Source: Octopus bimaculoides (lineage: Eukaryota). From it: a stretch of 64,000 nt of DNA. The notes under the pieces are model-generated. The model saw nothing but the letters and a program-made list of their open reading frames with translations. It was not told the DNA's origin and ran no database searches. The stretch spans positions 98,427,527-98,491,526 of the forward strand of contig NC_068981.1 of assembly GCF_001194135.2 (NCBI RefSeq), in the 5' to 3' direction. Every line of letters starts with the position of its first letter. Position 1 is the stretch's first letter. Of this stretch, positions 12,329 through 26,789 are shown piece after piece. A program made the translations under genes and the position numbers.

Positions 12329-15300
12329 TTATCTTTTATTTTTTACTTGCTTCAGTCATTAGATTGTGGTCATGCTGGGGCATTGCCTTGAAGGGTTTAG
12401 TTGAATAAATTGACACTAATACTTATTTTTTTCTAAACCTGGTATGTATTCTATCAGTCTCTTTTGCTGGACTGCTAAGTTGCAGTGACTTAAACAAACC
12501 AACACTGGTTGTCAGACAGTGGTAGGAGACAAAGACAAAGACACACACACACACACACACGCACACACACACACACACGCGCACACACATACACACACAC
12601 ACACACACACACCAGGTTATTTTCAGTTTCCATCCACCAAATCCATCCACAAGGCTTTTGTTGGCTTGGGGCTATAGTAGAAGACACTTGCCCGTGGTGT
12701 CACATAGTGGAACTGAACCCAGAACTATGTGGTTGTTAAGCAAATCTTTTACCACACATCCACACTTGGCCTATATATGCCGAACAGCTTTTCTTTTAAA
12801 CAAACATTAAAACAATACTATGTACTAGATTTGCCTTTTTTATTAAGTTTTTTAAATATTTATTTTCATATGAGTTTCTTAAAGTTTTTGTGGGGAACAG
12901 TAAAGTTTCCATATCTATCATTAATGTCTCTAGACTGCCATGGTTTTTGTCTTTTTGTTAGAGCATTTAGTGTTGGCAAATTTTGTTGCTACATCATCAT
13001 CTGGCATTCAGATTACTCTGTCAGATGTAATGCTTATTTATTCACATTATTTTGAACTAATCATGCATTATCTTGTAGCTTCGAGATTTTGCTGATGTGA
13101 CAACTTATTTTGAAATGACATTGTTGGTTAGGTGCAAAAGATCAAATCTAGTTGGTTTGAACATAAAACAGGTAGAATATTTGGGTCAGATATGGCCAGT
13201 TTTAATGCTAAAGAAAGGAAATAAGTAGAGCCATTAGGAATGGGGGTAGACATCATACTAAATTTTTGATTTCTGACTGTCAGCATTTTATTTAAAAAAA
13301 CAGGGAATTTTTTTTTTTTATTAGAATATGTCACGTGTTCATTTTAGCATTGTGCTCTATTATTAGAACTGTTTCCATCTTTAATAGCCATTTTTTTTAA
13401 GGATTATTCTGGACAGTATTGATGTTTTGTTTACTACTGTAACAGAGAGCTACAGTAGTAAACACAGGGAAAATCTCTGTTAGCAACTAAACATGGGGGC
13501 TAGTTTTTTTATATACCAAGTATATTCAGGTGCTGTGAAGTGTCTTCTACAATCATCCTTGACTGAATATGCAGCTGTGAGAACAACTATTAGGTGAGTG
13601 TAACACAACTCACCAACCCAAATCACTTCGAATTGGTGAGAGTGGATAACATCATGGTGGTTCAGATGTCTTGACACTCTGTGAAATTGGTGGATAATTT
13701 AACTGTATTTGTAGGCCCCACTCATGGTAAGTTCTAATTGGACCACCAAACTATCATGTGAACAATGATCGTTCATTGGATAAAATTTTAGTCGCACACA
13801 TGTTCGAGCTATGATTGAATCGTGACTTGACATTTGTATATGGCAAAACACAGGATAAAATCCAATGCTCTACAACTATTTTGCTGTCAAATTGTTTTCA
13901 TGTTGTGACATGCAGTGTATTGTGGTTGCTCCATGTTAAGTGCAGTGATCTAACAAGAAAATGTCATCAAGTTTACAATTTTCATGTTTCCAATCAAATT
14001 TATAGTTACATTGATCATTAGCAGCTTGATTGTATACTTACAGGTATTTTAAAAAATTTTAATGCATTTTTATAGTATATTATTCTAGTTGTTATTATGA
14101 TTGGATGTAATGTATTTTGAGTTACTTTTTAGAAGTTTTTCCATGTGTCCATCTATTCTACATTTAGTACACATTTGATTCATGTAGTAGACATTATATG
14201 TGATTAGAAAATTTTTAATAAATGCAGTAACTAGTATATTTACTGCATTGTATTTGTGTTTGTATTGTTCTCAGACGTGGTCTATTAGTTTGCTAAAATA
14301 AATCCATTATTGTTTTGTGTCTGTATAACTGTGTAGGTTTCTTTATTTGGTGCATTGTTTGTGGATGAGAATTCAAACACTCTTCTGAGAAGCCATTTTA
14401 CCACAAATATTTCATATCTGTGTGAACTTTCACTGCATTCATATAAGTACAGTCATGAAATATCTGTTATATTTTATCTGAATGTTTGGTTCTTGAAATG
14501 GAGTCATTGTATCGCTGTGAGTTTCATGTAAAATGTTTTGGTTACTGAACTGTTTTTTAGGTCTTCCTTTAAAGTCTAAACATTTTGCAGTGTGTCTATT
14601 ACAAATATATAGTCCACATTCCTAGTGTGTATTACATTTTTCATGCCTTGTTATCACTTTATTTTCTATTCAGGCCACATAAAATGCTGCAAATATCGAC
14701 CCTGATGGAGAATCCATGATCATTCTTTTCTTTACTTTAATAACTTACCTTGTAGACAGTGGATGGATTCTTCAGTTGCACAAGATACAAATATTTTTTT
14801 TAGTATGTCATCTGGTATAGTGGATGATATTATTTCTTGGGTGTTTATATATATTATTTAATATGGCTTCTATAGTTTTTGTCACTAGAACGTTAATAAA
14901 CAGACATTGACAATTTGGTTAGTTTCTTCAAAGATATGTTGAGGCTCTTCAGATGAATTTAGTGGTATCTTTTAAGTATAATCCTGATACAGCATATGCT
15001 TATATAAGCAGCAAATTATTTAAGCAAAAAGATGAGGTAGCTATGAGCTGTCCATCAAGGTCTATGTTTGTAGCATTCTACATAATCACAATAAAAAAAT
15101 ACAGCTATGACTGTATAATATACACCAGGTATGTGGATGATAAATTCTTGCCTTAATGGGCTACTACCAACATAAAATATAAACACCAATTCAATACTGT
15201 AATCACCAGAACTCCATTATACCAACAATCTGCAGTATATCATTGATATTTCCAAATAGACATTAGTGAATATATTAACTGCTTATCATGATAGAGATGA

Positions 15301-16526
15301 GAGTCACTTTTTACCTGTTTGGATTCCATCAAAGAGCTGTAACCTGCAGATGAGAGTCTTAAGTGGCTCTGATAACTTAGAATGCTTCTGGAAACTTTCA
15401 AATATTCTTTCTTCTGAGATGGTTGGTTTACACTGGATAGAATGATAGTAGTTTGAAGTATAGGGTGGAGCAGGCTGTACATCCTGTAAGGTAACAGAGA
15501 TTGGGAAAACTATTAGTAATGGATCAGAGGAATGCTTTAATCAAGACCTAGAAATATAGATAAATAACAGTGAGACAAGAACTTGTAAGAGAGGATGGGA
15601 GAGATAATGAGAGAAGATGTGATAAACAGTGTGGTCTCTAGGTATTCAACTGACTATCTATATGTTATAGGTCTATTGAAGCATAATGGACCTATGAACG
15701 TTTCAAACATCTTACAACAAAATGCATATCATTTGAAAAGTTTAATAACACCTGAAAACTTCATTTTCATATAGTTGGGAAAAATCAACTCAACAGAGAT
15801 CATGCTTTTCAATGTAATACTCAACAGAAGACTTGGCCTCAACACAGTAAGCTAATGAAGTACTTGTCAATTCTTTGATACTGCTGCTGTTGTTTGAAGT
15901 GTAAACATAAGTACTTGTAGTACTTCCATTTAGCAGGTTGACTGAGACATTTAAATAAAGTATCTTGGCCAACAGGGATCATGCAATACTAGTCACCAAA
16001 TATGAATATCTATCCTCTTTATTAGTTGTTCAGTATACTCTACAGTTGATCATGCATATTCTTATATCCAAATATTACATATTTCAGTTGCTACATCAGA
16101 GTGTAATGCCCTTTCTTGACATGAGTTCCAGGTTCAGTTGGCTCTGTCTGACAGCACCTGGTGTGGTAATGGGTCCCCAGGTTTATGAATTCCCCAAAAT
16201 AGGTAAATAACCTTATTGCCTTGTGAAACAAAGGCTAAGTAGTGAACCTTATAATAAATCCAGAGTGGAGTTGTTAAGCCAGAATAGTGTTAGATTTGGC
16301 ACAATCCTGCCAGTTCTTGCAGCCAAACTGACACCAGTTTACACTATTTACATTATTTACATTTGACGGATATTTGTCCTCATTTTGTTTGTTGTTAACA
16401 CGTTTTGGCTGATATACCCTCCATCAGGTGTCTTAGGGAAATTTTGAACCTGGGTTCTCATTCCTAAGGCATTTTTCGATGTTGTTGTTGTTGTTGTTAT
16501 TATTATTGTTATTGTTATTGTTGTTG

Positions 16527-16562
<36 letters not shown>

Positions 16563-18423
16563 TCACTGCTTGGAATCAAACTCAGATTCTTGGGGTTAGT
16601 AGCCTGCACTCTTAACCACAACGCCATATGCCCACGGGCAATTATGGAGTGAATTTTAGAACTTATAAATCTAATATTTTCCTATCCTTCCTTAATACCG
16701 GTTCCCATATGCTATTCATATCTGCACTCGGTTTCTTTTAGTTTTAGTATTTTCCAGTGGTGTTCTCTGTCTATTATTTTAACTTCATCCTACAGGGGGA
16801 GGTGATCTCCATTTTTCCATACATGTTCAACTATACCCGATTTATCAATATCTGCAATGTTCTTCTACTCTTATTTTGAGGGGGCAACATGTTTTGCCTT
16901 TGTATAACTAAAAAAAAACTGTTCTATTCTACACTCCTTTGGATCACACCAGATAGACTGAGAGGATATTCTAGATTCTGAGTAGACCAAGATCTCTATA
17001 TACCTAACCCTGGCTTGTACTCTGAATTGGTCAAGTTCTGACTGACCAGTGATGCAAACTTCAGTATCTCTTGAGACAGTTGGACTCCAGAAATAGACCA
17101 TATTTCAATGGAACAGAATAATGTCAGTCAACAGTTCTAGTCAGTGTCTTGTGGAGCTATTAGTGATAATAAGACAGAAGTTAGTGTATTACTATTCCGG
17201 CATGAAGAGATACAACGGTATCTGATGACCAGTAACTATTGTGGCTACTAACATAAAACAGCAACTACAGTACAATGGCAGTCACACATCACACCAGTGA
17301 GAGGAACCCACTTTACAACAGGGACAAACACAGACACAAATATACGCACACATACAACAGGCTTCTTTCAGTTTCCACTTACCAAATCCACTCATAAGGC
17401 TTTGATCAGCTTTATAGAAGACACTTGCCTAAGGAGCCATGCAGTGAGACTGAATCCAGAACCATGCAGTTGTGAAACAAGCTTCTTACCATGCAGCTAT
17501 GCCTGTATCTTCCTTGGCCTACACAGGCCTAATCTATCTCCACAATAGATCATAGACTTTCTTTTAAGTTAACACTACCTACTGCACTTCCTTTCACAAT
17601 ACTTTCCTACCCAGTATTTTTCATATGCTGTTATTGTTGTTGTTGTTATTGTTTAACCCTAGGTTGACACTAGTCAAGCAGACCTATGATCAAAGTATCT
17701 CATCATTTTATATTGGGTTGTCAAATTCATTGCTTTTTTTTCCATTTATTTTAATTCTTATTTTTCATTAATAATTTTAACAAATCAGTGATTACTATCA
17801 ACAAAGCATTGTCAAACTAGTGGAATGTCAGTAAAAAGTTATAAACATTAAAGGAGAATATATTATTAACTGATTTGTTAAAACTGTTGATGAAAAATAA
17901 GGATTAAAATAAATGGAAAAAAAAAAGCAAATTTATCTAGCAATATCAACAACCACAGTATTCAATGTAACCTTTTTTATATTTAGGATGACAGTGTGTG
18001 ATTTAAGGAAGATTCAACTATTATTTCTAGCAAGTCAAGTGCCTCTAGGATCACTACTTTCTTGGTTGATTCAGCTACTGATTTACACCTACCTGCACTA
18101 AAGGTAAAATCCGAATTAAAAGTGACACCACAGGAACAATTGGTAGATTGTCTAAGCTGGAAGACTTGATATTTTTAGACATGTCCAAAGACCCACTTCT
18201 TAACTTCAGCTGATAACCTCCAGAGCAGAATTTTACCTGTTTACAAACAAAAACACAGTCAAAATGATACACCTAAGTTATATATCTAAATTATTTTTAC
18301 AATAATTAAATTAGTGTTGATATATTTAATAAACAGAACATTAAAAGTTAACTAGAAATAAACAATATTACTGAATATCATTTTTATTTTCTCTGCAACT
18401 ATGTTTGTTTGCTTTCTGAGTAT

Positions 18424-18503
<80 letters not shown>

Positions 18504-19696
18504 ACACACATGTATGCATGCATGTATGTATGTGTGTGCATGTTTGTAATTATGTATGTTATCAATCAGTTTCATTTCTGTATTTCTTGTCCATGTGGTG
18601 GTGGTGGTTTTGGAGGTGTTGGTGGTGGTGGAATTTATGTTGATGTTAGTTTCATTGTTGTTCACAATGATGATGATGGTGATGTAAGATGAAAGAGCAA
18701 TTAAAACAACAAATTAACTCAAGAAATTAACTACATACATCATTATTATCATTGTAAGATTCATAAAGACACATTAATGCATTGCCTAGTGTACACAGCT
18801 GGGTGGAGTTCATGTCAATAGTATACACAGTGAACAATATAAAGGTATCTTTGGGTAAGTTATCCTTCATCTTTTGCATTATGAAACGATCTTCAGGGAC
18901 AAACATGGGACAACACCATTTGCTGTCAATGGACGGGAACGTTGGCAGCAGTTTTGTTGTTAAGGGCTTTGATGGCTGAACTAGATAAGAAACAACCTGA
19001 AAGTAGAAATGTAGACATGAGTTACAAGACATATCCTTGTTACAAAATATATTTCAGTATTAAATTTTTTGTCTGAGTTCCATCTACTTATCCAGCTTCT
19101 CCACCCACTATTCCTGGGGTTGAATCATAGAGGTAGGGTCCTCAGGCACCTCCTCCATAGGATCTAATCAGAAGCAAATATCATTAGAGTTTCTGGCTGA
19201 ATTCACAAGCATGACCAACGGATATCATACAACTATCTCATTCTTAGTCTATCCCTTGGTATGACAGACTCTCCCATCGAAGACGACGTATGAATGTTCA
19301 GCTTTTGCTGGACAATGTATACAAATGATTTGTTTATAGTGATCAAATGTCCATGCTGCACATTAGCTCACTCTCTCCATCAAATCAACATTGTCTGAAC
19401 AGGTACAAGATGTATGACATGTCAGGTGTTGAAGTGATCACAAAGCAACATGAGATGAAGTGTTTTGCTCATGAACACAACATACCACATGGTCTAGGAA
19501 TTGAAATCAGGATCTCATGATCGTGAGTGCAACACTCTAACCACTAAACTATGTGCTCTCACTTGGTATGTATGTATTTTTATTAATATTTAGCAGAAGC
19601 AACAGAGTAACTCAAAGGCTGAGAGTTTCATACATTGGCACTTATCAAATGTATATGTTTATGTATATCTATACACACAACCACACACACACATAC

Positions 19697-19731
<35 letters not shown>

Positions 19732-21639
19732 NNNNNNNNNNNNNNNNNNNNNNNNNNNNNNNNNNNNNNNNNNNNNNNNNNNNNNNNNNNNNNNNNNNNN
19801 NNNNNNNNNNNNNNNNNNNNNNNNNNNNNNNNNNNNNNNNNNNNNNNNNNNNNNNNNNNNNNNNNNNNNNNNNNNNNNNNNNNNNNNNNNNNNNNNNNNC
19901 AACATACTGAAAATTTAGAAATAGCAGTCAAAGAACTACTGATTCTAAACTACAAATTTGTAGTTTAGAATCAGTAGTTCTTTGACTGCTATTTCTAAAT
20001 TTTCAGTATGTTGGAGAAGCAACTCAATTGCTAATCCCTGTATATTTATGATTATATATATATATATATATATAATCAAAATAAGCAACAGGATATCAAG
20101 TAGTAATGCAGTACAACCATTTCAAGTGGCTCCATTTAATTGAACAATGCAATCCTTACATCAATTCAAATACAGCTCTATCTTTAGCTGCACAAAAAAA
20201 ATATATGGAACTTCAACAGGTAGGATACATTAATATAATTTTTCTTAAATATTTTAACACAGCAAGAAATTCATGTTGTCACTATTCTTGCTACATGTTA
20301 AAATATTTAAGAAAAATTATATAATGTATCCTACCTGTTGAAGTTCCATATATTTTTTTTTTGTGCAGCTGAAGATAGCACTGTATTTAAATTGATGTAA
20401 TGATTGCATTGTTCAATTAAATGGAGCTGCTTGAAATGGTCGTACTGCATTACTACTTGATATCCTGTTGCCTATTTTGATTTTATTCACCTTACTTCGA
20501 GCTGTGTGCATAATACCAGAATGACTTGGTGATTCAACTTAAGTACCTAATTCAACTGAATCTTAATTACTTCTTATATATATATATATAAGTTTGTAAT
20601 AAAAATCTCTTCACATAACTTGAATCTACATCACTGTAACTGTAAGGTCCAATTTTCAGTTCTAATCTAATCATTTCACTTCAAGTCTCCCTTTGTCTCC
20701 CTCTGCCTGGAATACTTTCTGCCATCAAACCATTTAACATCTGTTTTCCATGCTAGCAGGGATTGAATGATTCAACAGAAGCCAGCAAGCCAAAGGAGAG
20801 TGCTGAGCTCCGAAGTCTACCTTTCTGTTTGATATGGTTTCTATGGTTGTATGCGCTTCCTAATACCAATCACTTTACAGAATATATTGGGTGTTTTTTA
20901 CATGGCACTAACACTAGTGAGGTCACCAAGTAACTCACAAAACAATATCCTCCAACTGAGGGTGTTGTAGCATTGGGAAAGGTGGCTTTATATGTTAAAT
21001 GTTGAGAGGTTAAAGTATGATAAAGTGTCTGAAACAGGTGTCTTACTATTGAGGAGACGCATGGCTACTCCAGTTGGAAAAGTGGGAAGATGAGGTGAAG
21101 GTGCATCAGGGTGCACCCTAAAGTTACAGGGAGATAGTAATAGATACAGTGCAATACTTATATATACATATATAATAATAAACATATATTAAAATGAACA
21201 GAATCCAATATTCATATATATAAAGGTAGTGAGCTGGCAGAATCGTTAGCATGTTGGGTGAAATGTTTAGCAGTATTTCGTCTGTCTGTAGGTTATGCAT
21301 TCAAATTCTGCCAAGGTTGACTTTGCCTTTCATCCTTTTGAGGTCAATAAAATAAGTATCAGTTTATCACTGGGGTTGATGTAATCAACTTGCCTCCTCT
21401 CCAGAACTTGTAAGCCTGGAAAGCAGATGCTCAATGATGATGATGATTATGAATAAACAAATATAATTATAAACATAATCCAATATTTATGTATACATAC
21501 AGTATTTATATATAATTTATATATAATTTACAGAGTTGTTAAAGTGTCAGAACTCAGAGGGCAGTATTTATTCTTGCCCTCTGTGTTCAAACACTCCTGA
21601 GGTTAACTTCACCTATCTCTCTCTCCCTCTCTCTCTCCC

Positions 21640-21670
<31 letters not shown>

Positions 21671-24600
21671 TTCACTAGAAGAAATTAAGAGTAATTAGAG
21701 GTGGAGAGAGATGGGCTTTGTTGGCTCTAAAATGTCCAAGACGTTCTGTATATCATGATAGTGCCCTTATGACTCCCTCTGATACATACATACATACATA
21801 CATACATACATTCACACACACACGTACATACATACATACATACATACACACACACATGCACACATGCATACATACATACATACATACATACATACATACG
21901 TAAGTGTGTGTGTGTTTATATATACACATATGTGTAAAGGTGGTGCCTCTCTTCATGGCTTACACTAACAACAATCTTTTAAGTACAAGATCAAAGATTT
22001 GAAGGTGAGAGAATACAATTATATTCATTCCAGTTACACAACTGGTAATCATGTTATTGACACTGGGAAGAAGAAAGTTAAAATCAACCTCTGCAGGATT
22101 TGAACTCAGGACATAACTAAATACTGCAAAGCACTTTGACAACTGCCATCCATCACCCTGGCTTACCTTAACAATAGAAGCATTATCAGGCAACATTCGG
22201 AGGCTATCAATATAGACACAAAAATCTTTGACATCATTTGACTTCCCCATCTTATCATCTGCCACAGAATCTGAATGATGACCCAGCCAAAGACCATCAC
22301 TCATAAGTGAATTTCTTGAATCACTGAAACAGAACAGAAATCTCAATGAATCTTAGAGAACATTTTGTTTGTGTGTAACAGAGAAAGAAATATCTTTCTT
22401 TTACTAGCTTCAATCATTGGACTGCAGCAATGCTGGGGCACCACCTTAAAGGATCTAGTTAAACAAGTTCACCTCAGTACTTACCTTTTGTTTTAAAAGC
22501 CTGATACTTATTCTGTCAGTCTCTGATGCTGAACAGCTAAGTTACAAGGACGTAAACAAACCAACACTTGTGGTCAAGTGATGGTGCAGGACAAACATGT
22601 ACTAAAAGACAATCACACCCACACACACATACACACACACACACTGCCCCCCTCCACTCACACACACACATACATATACACAGGGTGCATTGGGTATATT
22701 GTCACCATTTTATATTTTTAATTCCACGCATGCACGTTGTTTGTTTTTGATTTTGTTGACTACACAGTATAGTAGAATCAGTTGGGCAACATCTGTGAGA
22801 AAAACAGCACCACCATGATGCAATTCACTCTGCCAGAAATTAGGGAATGACATGCTGTACTGCTTGGAATTCACGCTAGAAGCTCCAATACGAACATTTC
22901 AGAGTGTTTGGGTGTAAATCTAAGGACAGTGCAATTTGAGGACATATACCGAGAGTCATAAAAATCAAACATCCAGTCAACATCATGGTGTTAGAAGTGG
23001 TCACTAGTCATGGCGACACTATGCCTCCATTAGTCTTTCCTCATGGCCTCAGATTCAACACGGAGGCCTACATCAAGTACCTGGAGGAGGTAGTGCTGCC
23101 CTGGGTCAAGAGGGGTGGCTGCTGGAAGACTCTATGTCTGGCAACAGGACTCTGCACCATGCAACACAAGCAGGAGAACCCAGTCATGGCTGTCAAATAA
23201 TTTCTGCAACCACATCACCCCTAACATCTGGCTACCTAACTCACCAGACTGCAACCCCCTTGATTATTATGTGTGGGGCGCAGTTGAGCAAAAGACCAAC
23301 AAAACTCCTTGTAACACCAAAGATGAACTGAAGGCAAGGATTATGGCAGCATTCATCAACTTAAACAAGAAGACAGTCCAGAAGAGTTGCAGGAGATTCT
23401 GAAGTCGTCTGGAGGCTGTGGTTGAAGCCAAGGGCGATATTATTGAATAAATTTACTCTTTCGTATTTCAAGATATTTTTATGTAATTTTGGTAAATATA
23501 TCTGCTAAAACAATCTACTCACAAGGCTGCAACAATATGTGGTATTAGTTGGAAGCAGTGGCAACAAAGAAAACTGGGCTGACTGTGGAAACAAAACAGT
23601 CAGTGCCATGTACACTGAGTTGCATCTTACTATTGATCAGTCACCTGTTTTTCAGATCGAGCAGCAAGGTAAAATGGGAGAGGAAATCTGCCCCAAGGAT
23701 TGGGTATGGCAGAGCAGCGACTAGAAGAACCTAGTGAAAGCATCGTCTGAGTTGTATATTCAAGGTGAGAGAAATTTTGCCATATGTGGTAATAGGTGAA
23801 TGGTTGACCACTTGGATGATAGTGACCGAAGGACAAGGTTTTCTGTGTGTATATTTGGCAGCTCCTGAGTCAACTAGGAAACTCCTCTGGGAAATTTCAT
23901 CTTTGATAAAAATTGCACGACTTGGTGGGATGGTACCAGAGACAGTAGCCATGCTTACTGCTCCATTCAGGCATTTCCCTGGGTGCTATATGAGCAAGGT
24001 GGTGTGCAATTCCTTGCCTTGGCGCCAAAGGTGGTATGGTAGCAATATACCAATCCCTTATTGCGAACTTCCGCTGCCAGGTCTTCAATCATTTTTCCCA
24101 TGGCACATCAAAAATCCTGGAACTGGGATGCTATGGCCGCTACAGTAATGGAAGGAGAAGGTAACATTGGAGTGGTTATCTCCATTATTTTATCGGCTGA
24201 TGTTGCCAATTGTTTAATGGTACTGATGTCACATATGGGTGTGAGGATGGCTTCGATGTTAACAGGTAGGCAAGAAAAAAATAGTTTGAGAAAACCACTC
24301 TCTAATGAATTGCCTTCGGCAAGCTGGCACATTCTATGTAGTAGTTACGACAGGGCTCGGTCTCCCAGCGGTTCATCATTAACCCTTTCATTACCAGCCC
24401 AGCTGAAACTGGCTCTGGCTCTAAGTACAAATGTTTTGTTTTCATAAGTTTTGAATTAAAATCTTCCACCAAACCTTAGTCACAATTTATGTTCCTAACA
24501 CTAGCTGAATGATAACTAAGTTATTTTACTAAATTCTTTATTATATTTAAAATGATTGAAAGAAACACAGAGCTTCTCAAAATAAGTACAGTAATGAAAA

Positions 24601-26750
24601 GGTTAATGAGTTTGTGGAACTTTTTCTCCACTGACAGGGAATTCCACTATAGAATCTTGACCTTTACAGAGGTATAGCTGGCGTCCATCAGTGGATTCGT
24701 AAGGGTATCCCATACTTTGCTCGTGAGAGCAGGTAACAAAGAACTTATCAGAAGATGCAAACACTGCATTTCGGATGACATGTGGTTTGCTGCAAAGTAG
24801 GATTCCATTTGGGGAAACCAAACGGAGTGTCTCCGATGAAAATAGACAAAGGTGGATAAGAAACAGCAGCTTTGGAAGGTGAAGCCATTGTTACTCGCCG
24901 TATGTGTGAATCTGGTGAAAGAAATGTCGCTATGATGCTCTGTACTGTCATGTGAGAAATGTTTTGCTTTTCTCCAACATTGGGTTCACTACTTTAGCAA
25001 GTATATGTGTGTTTCCAGTATTAGGTTGGCAATGGGCTGATTAGGTGTAGGCTGCATCCAAATGAAAACTAAATATAACAATTTTTATTTTGTTGGAGAT
25101 GCATTGCAAGTCGTTATGGCATTCTGGCATGTATAGTTTAAACAGAAACAGAGTGAACGAATATATCATCAGATGGTACCTACTGTGAGAGAGGCATCAT
25201 GACACCATGTGTAGGGCACTGAAGCAAAGGAAGAGAGCTAGCAGTCCTAGCTGTGGGCAGTTGGTGAGCTGACTGCCCAAAAGGGAAAAGAGGAAAAGTC
25301 CTGTCAGTTGGGCTCCTTATGTGCCTTTCATGACTTCCATTAAGGACTATTGTATTTTGCGCATGTGTTGTGGCTGCCCACTTCGTCTTTTCCGGGCCTT
25401 TAATGTTTAACCCTGAGATAATCCAAGCAGCACGATGGATATGCTACAAAGCTTTGGTCAGCCTGGAGCTATAGCAGCAGACATTGCCAAAGGTGCCACG
25501 CAGTGGGACTGAACTCAGAACCATGTGGTTGTGAAGCAAACTTCTTACTACACCTATGAAAAATATTTTCTTTTTTTCTTTTCAAATAGAAAAGTGAATT
25601 GAAATGTTATGCTATTAACCCTTTAACTGCAAAATAAATTTCATGGTTATTTTTAGATTGCTTTGCAATCCCAAGATTATAATGCTTTTTCAATGAATGG
25701 CCTTTGTGTCTATGTTATATCCACTGCCACAAAAAAAAACAGAATTGGCATTTTCTACAAGTCATGGTATCTCATAAAACTTGATATATCTTTTATCTTT
25801 TATCTTTTACTTGTTTCAGGCATTAGACAGTGGCCATGCTGGGGTACCACCTTCAAGAATTTTTAGTTGAATGAATCGACCCCAATATGTTTTTTAAAAC
25901 TTGGTACTTGTTCTATTGACTTCTTTTACTGAACCAATTAGTACAGGGACATAAACACACCAACAGTGGTTGTCAAGCAGTGGTGGGGGATAAAAACACA
26001 CACACATACATACAACGGGCTTCTTTCAGTTTCCATCTACCAAATCTATTACAAGGCTTTGGTCAGCCTAAGGCTATAATAGAAGATATTTGCCCAAGGA
26101 TCCACATAGTGGGACTGAACCCAGAATCATGTGGTTGAGAAGGAAGCTTCTTGCCACACAACAGAAAATAATTCCAAGCTTGACCTTCTTCATCAAAAGA
26201 TAGACTGGTCTATAAAACTGCTTTTCACAGTTACATGTAATGAAATTTGGAGTGGATATATCGGATTTCTGTAGTAATATGGTTAATACATCTAATATTT
26301 AACCAGCAGTACTTGTGGAAATACCCCAGTTATTTTGAAAGTTGGAAGGTTATGGAGAATCATGAAATAAAATCATTTCTTTCCAATTTACATTTTATTC
26401 AAAACATTTGACTATATAGAGTAAAACTCCACATAGTATTGAATATTAGGAGACAATTTGTCTGAAAGCTATAGCTCTTATCATACACTTGTAACCTCTT
26501 CTACTTTGAGAATTGTTATCTAATATTTTTTCACTTCCTGACAAGAAGTAAACAATTTTAACAATGAAATGAAATCAAAGACATAATCTATCTATAATAT
26601 TATTCTCATGTGATTGTGTAACAAGAAGTTTGCTTCACAATCACATGGTTACAGTTTCAGTCCCAATGTATGGTACCTTGGGCATCTATTTTCTACTATA
26701 GCCCTGGGTTGTTTCTATTATAACATAAAAGCAAACATTAATATTGATGT

Positions 26751-26789
<39 letters not shown>

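Noticed and set aside
15790-15972. ORF as last exon of the gene
   Set aside because: It matches the Penelope RT LFTNVPV region.
16871-17250. ORF 16871-17101 as coding
   Set aside because: No splice-compatible frame; probably an old LINE fragment that cannot be classified.
24603-24951. ORFs 24603-24821 and 24748-24951 as host exons
   Set aside because: They are frameshifted Gypsy gag sequence.
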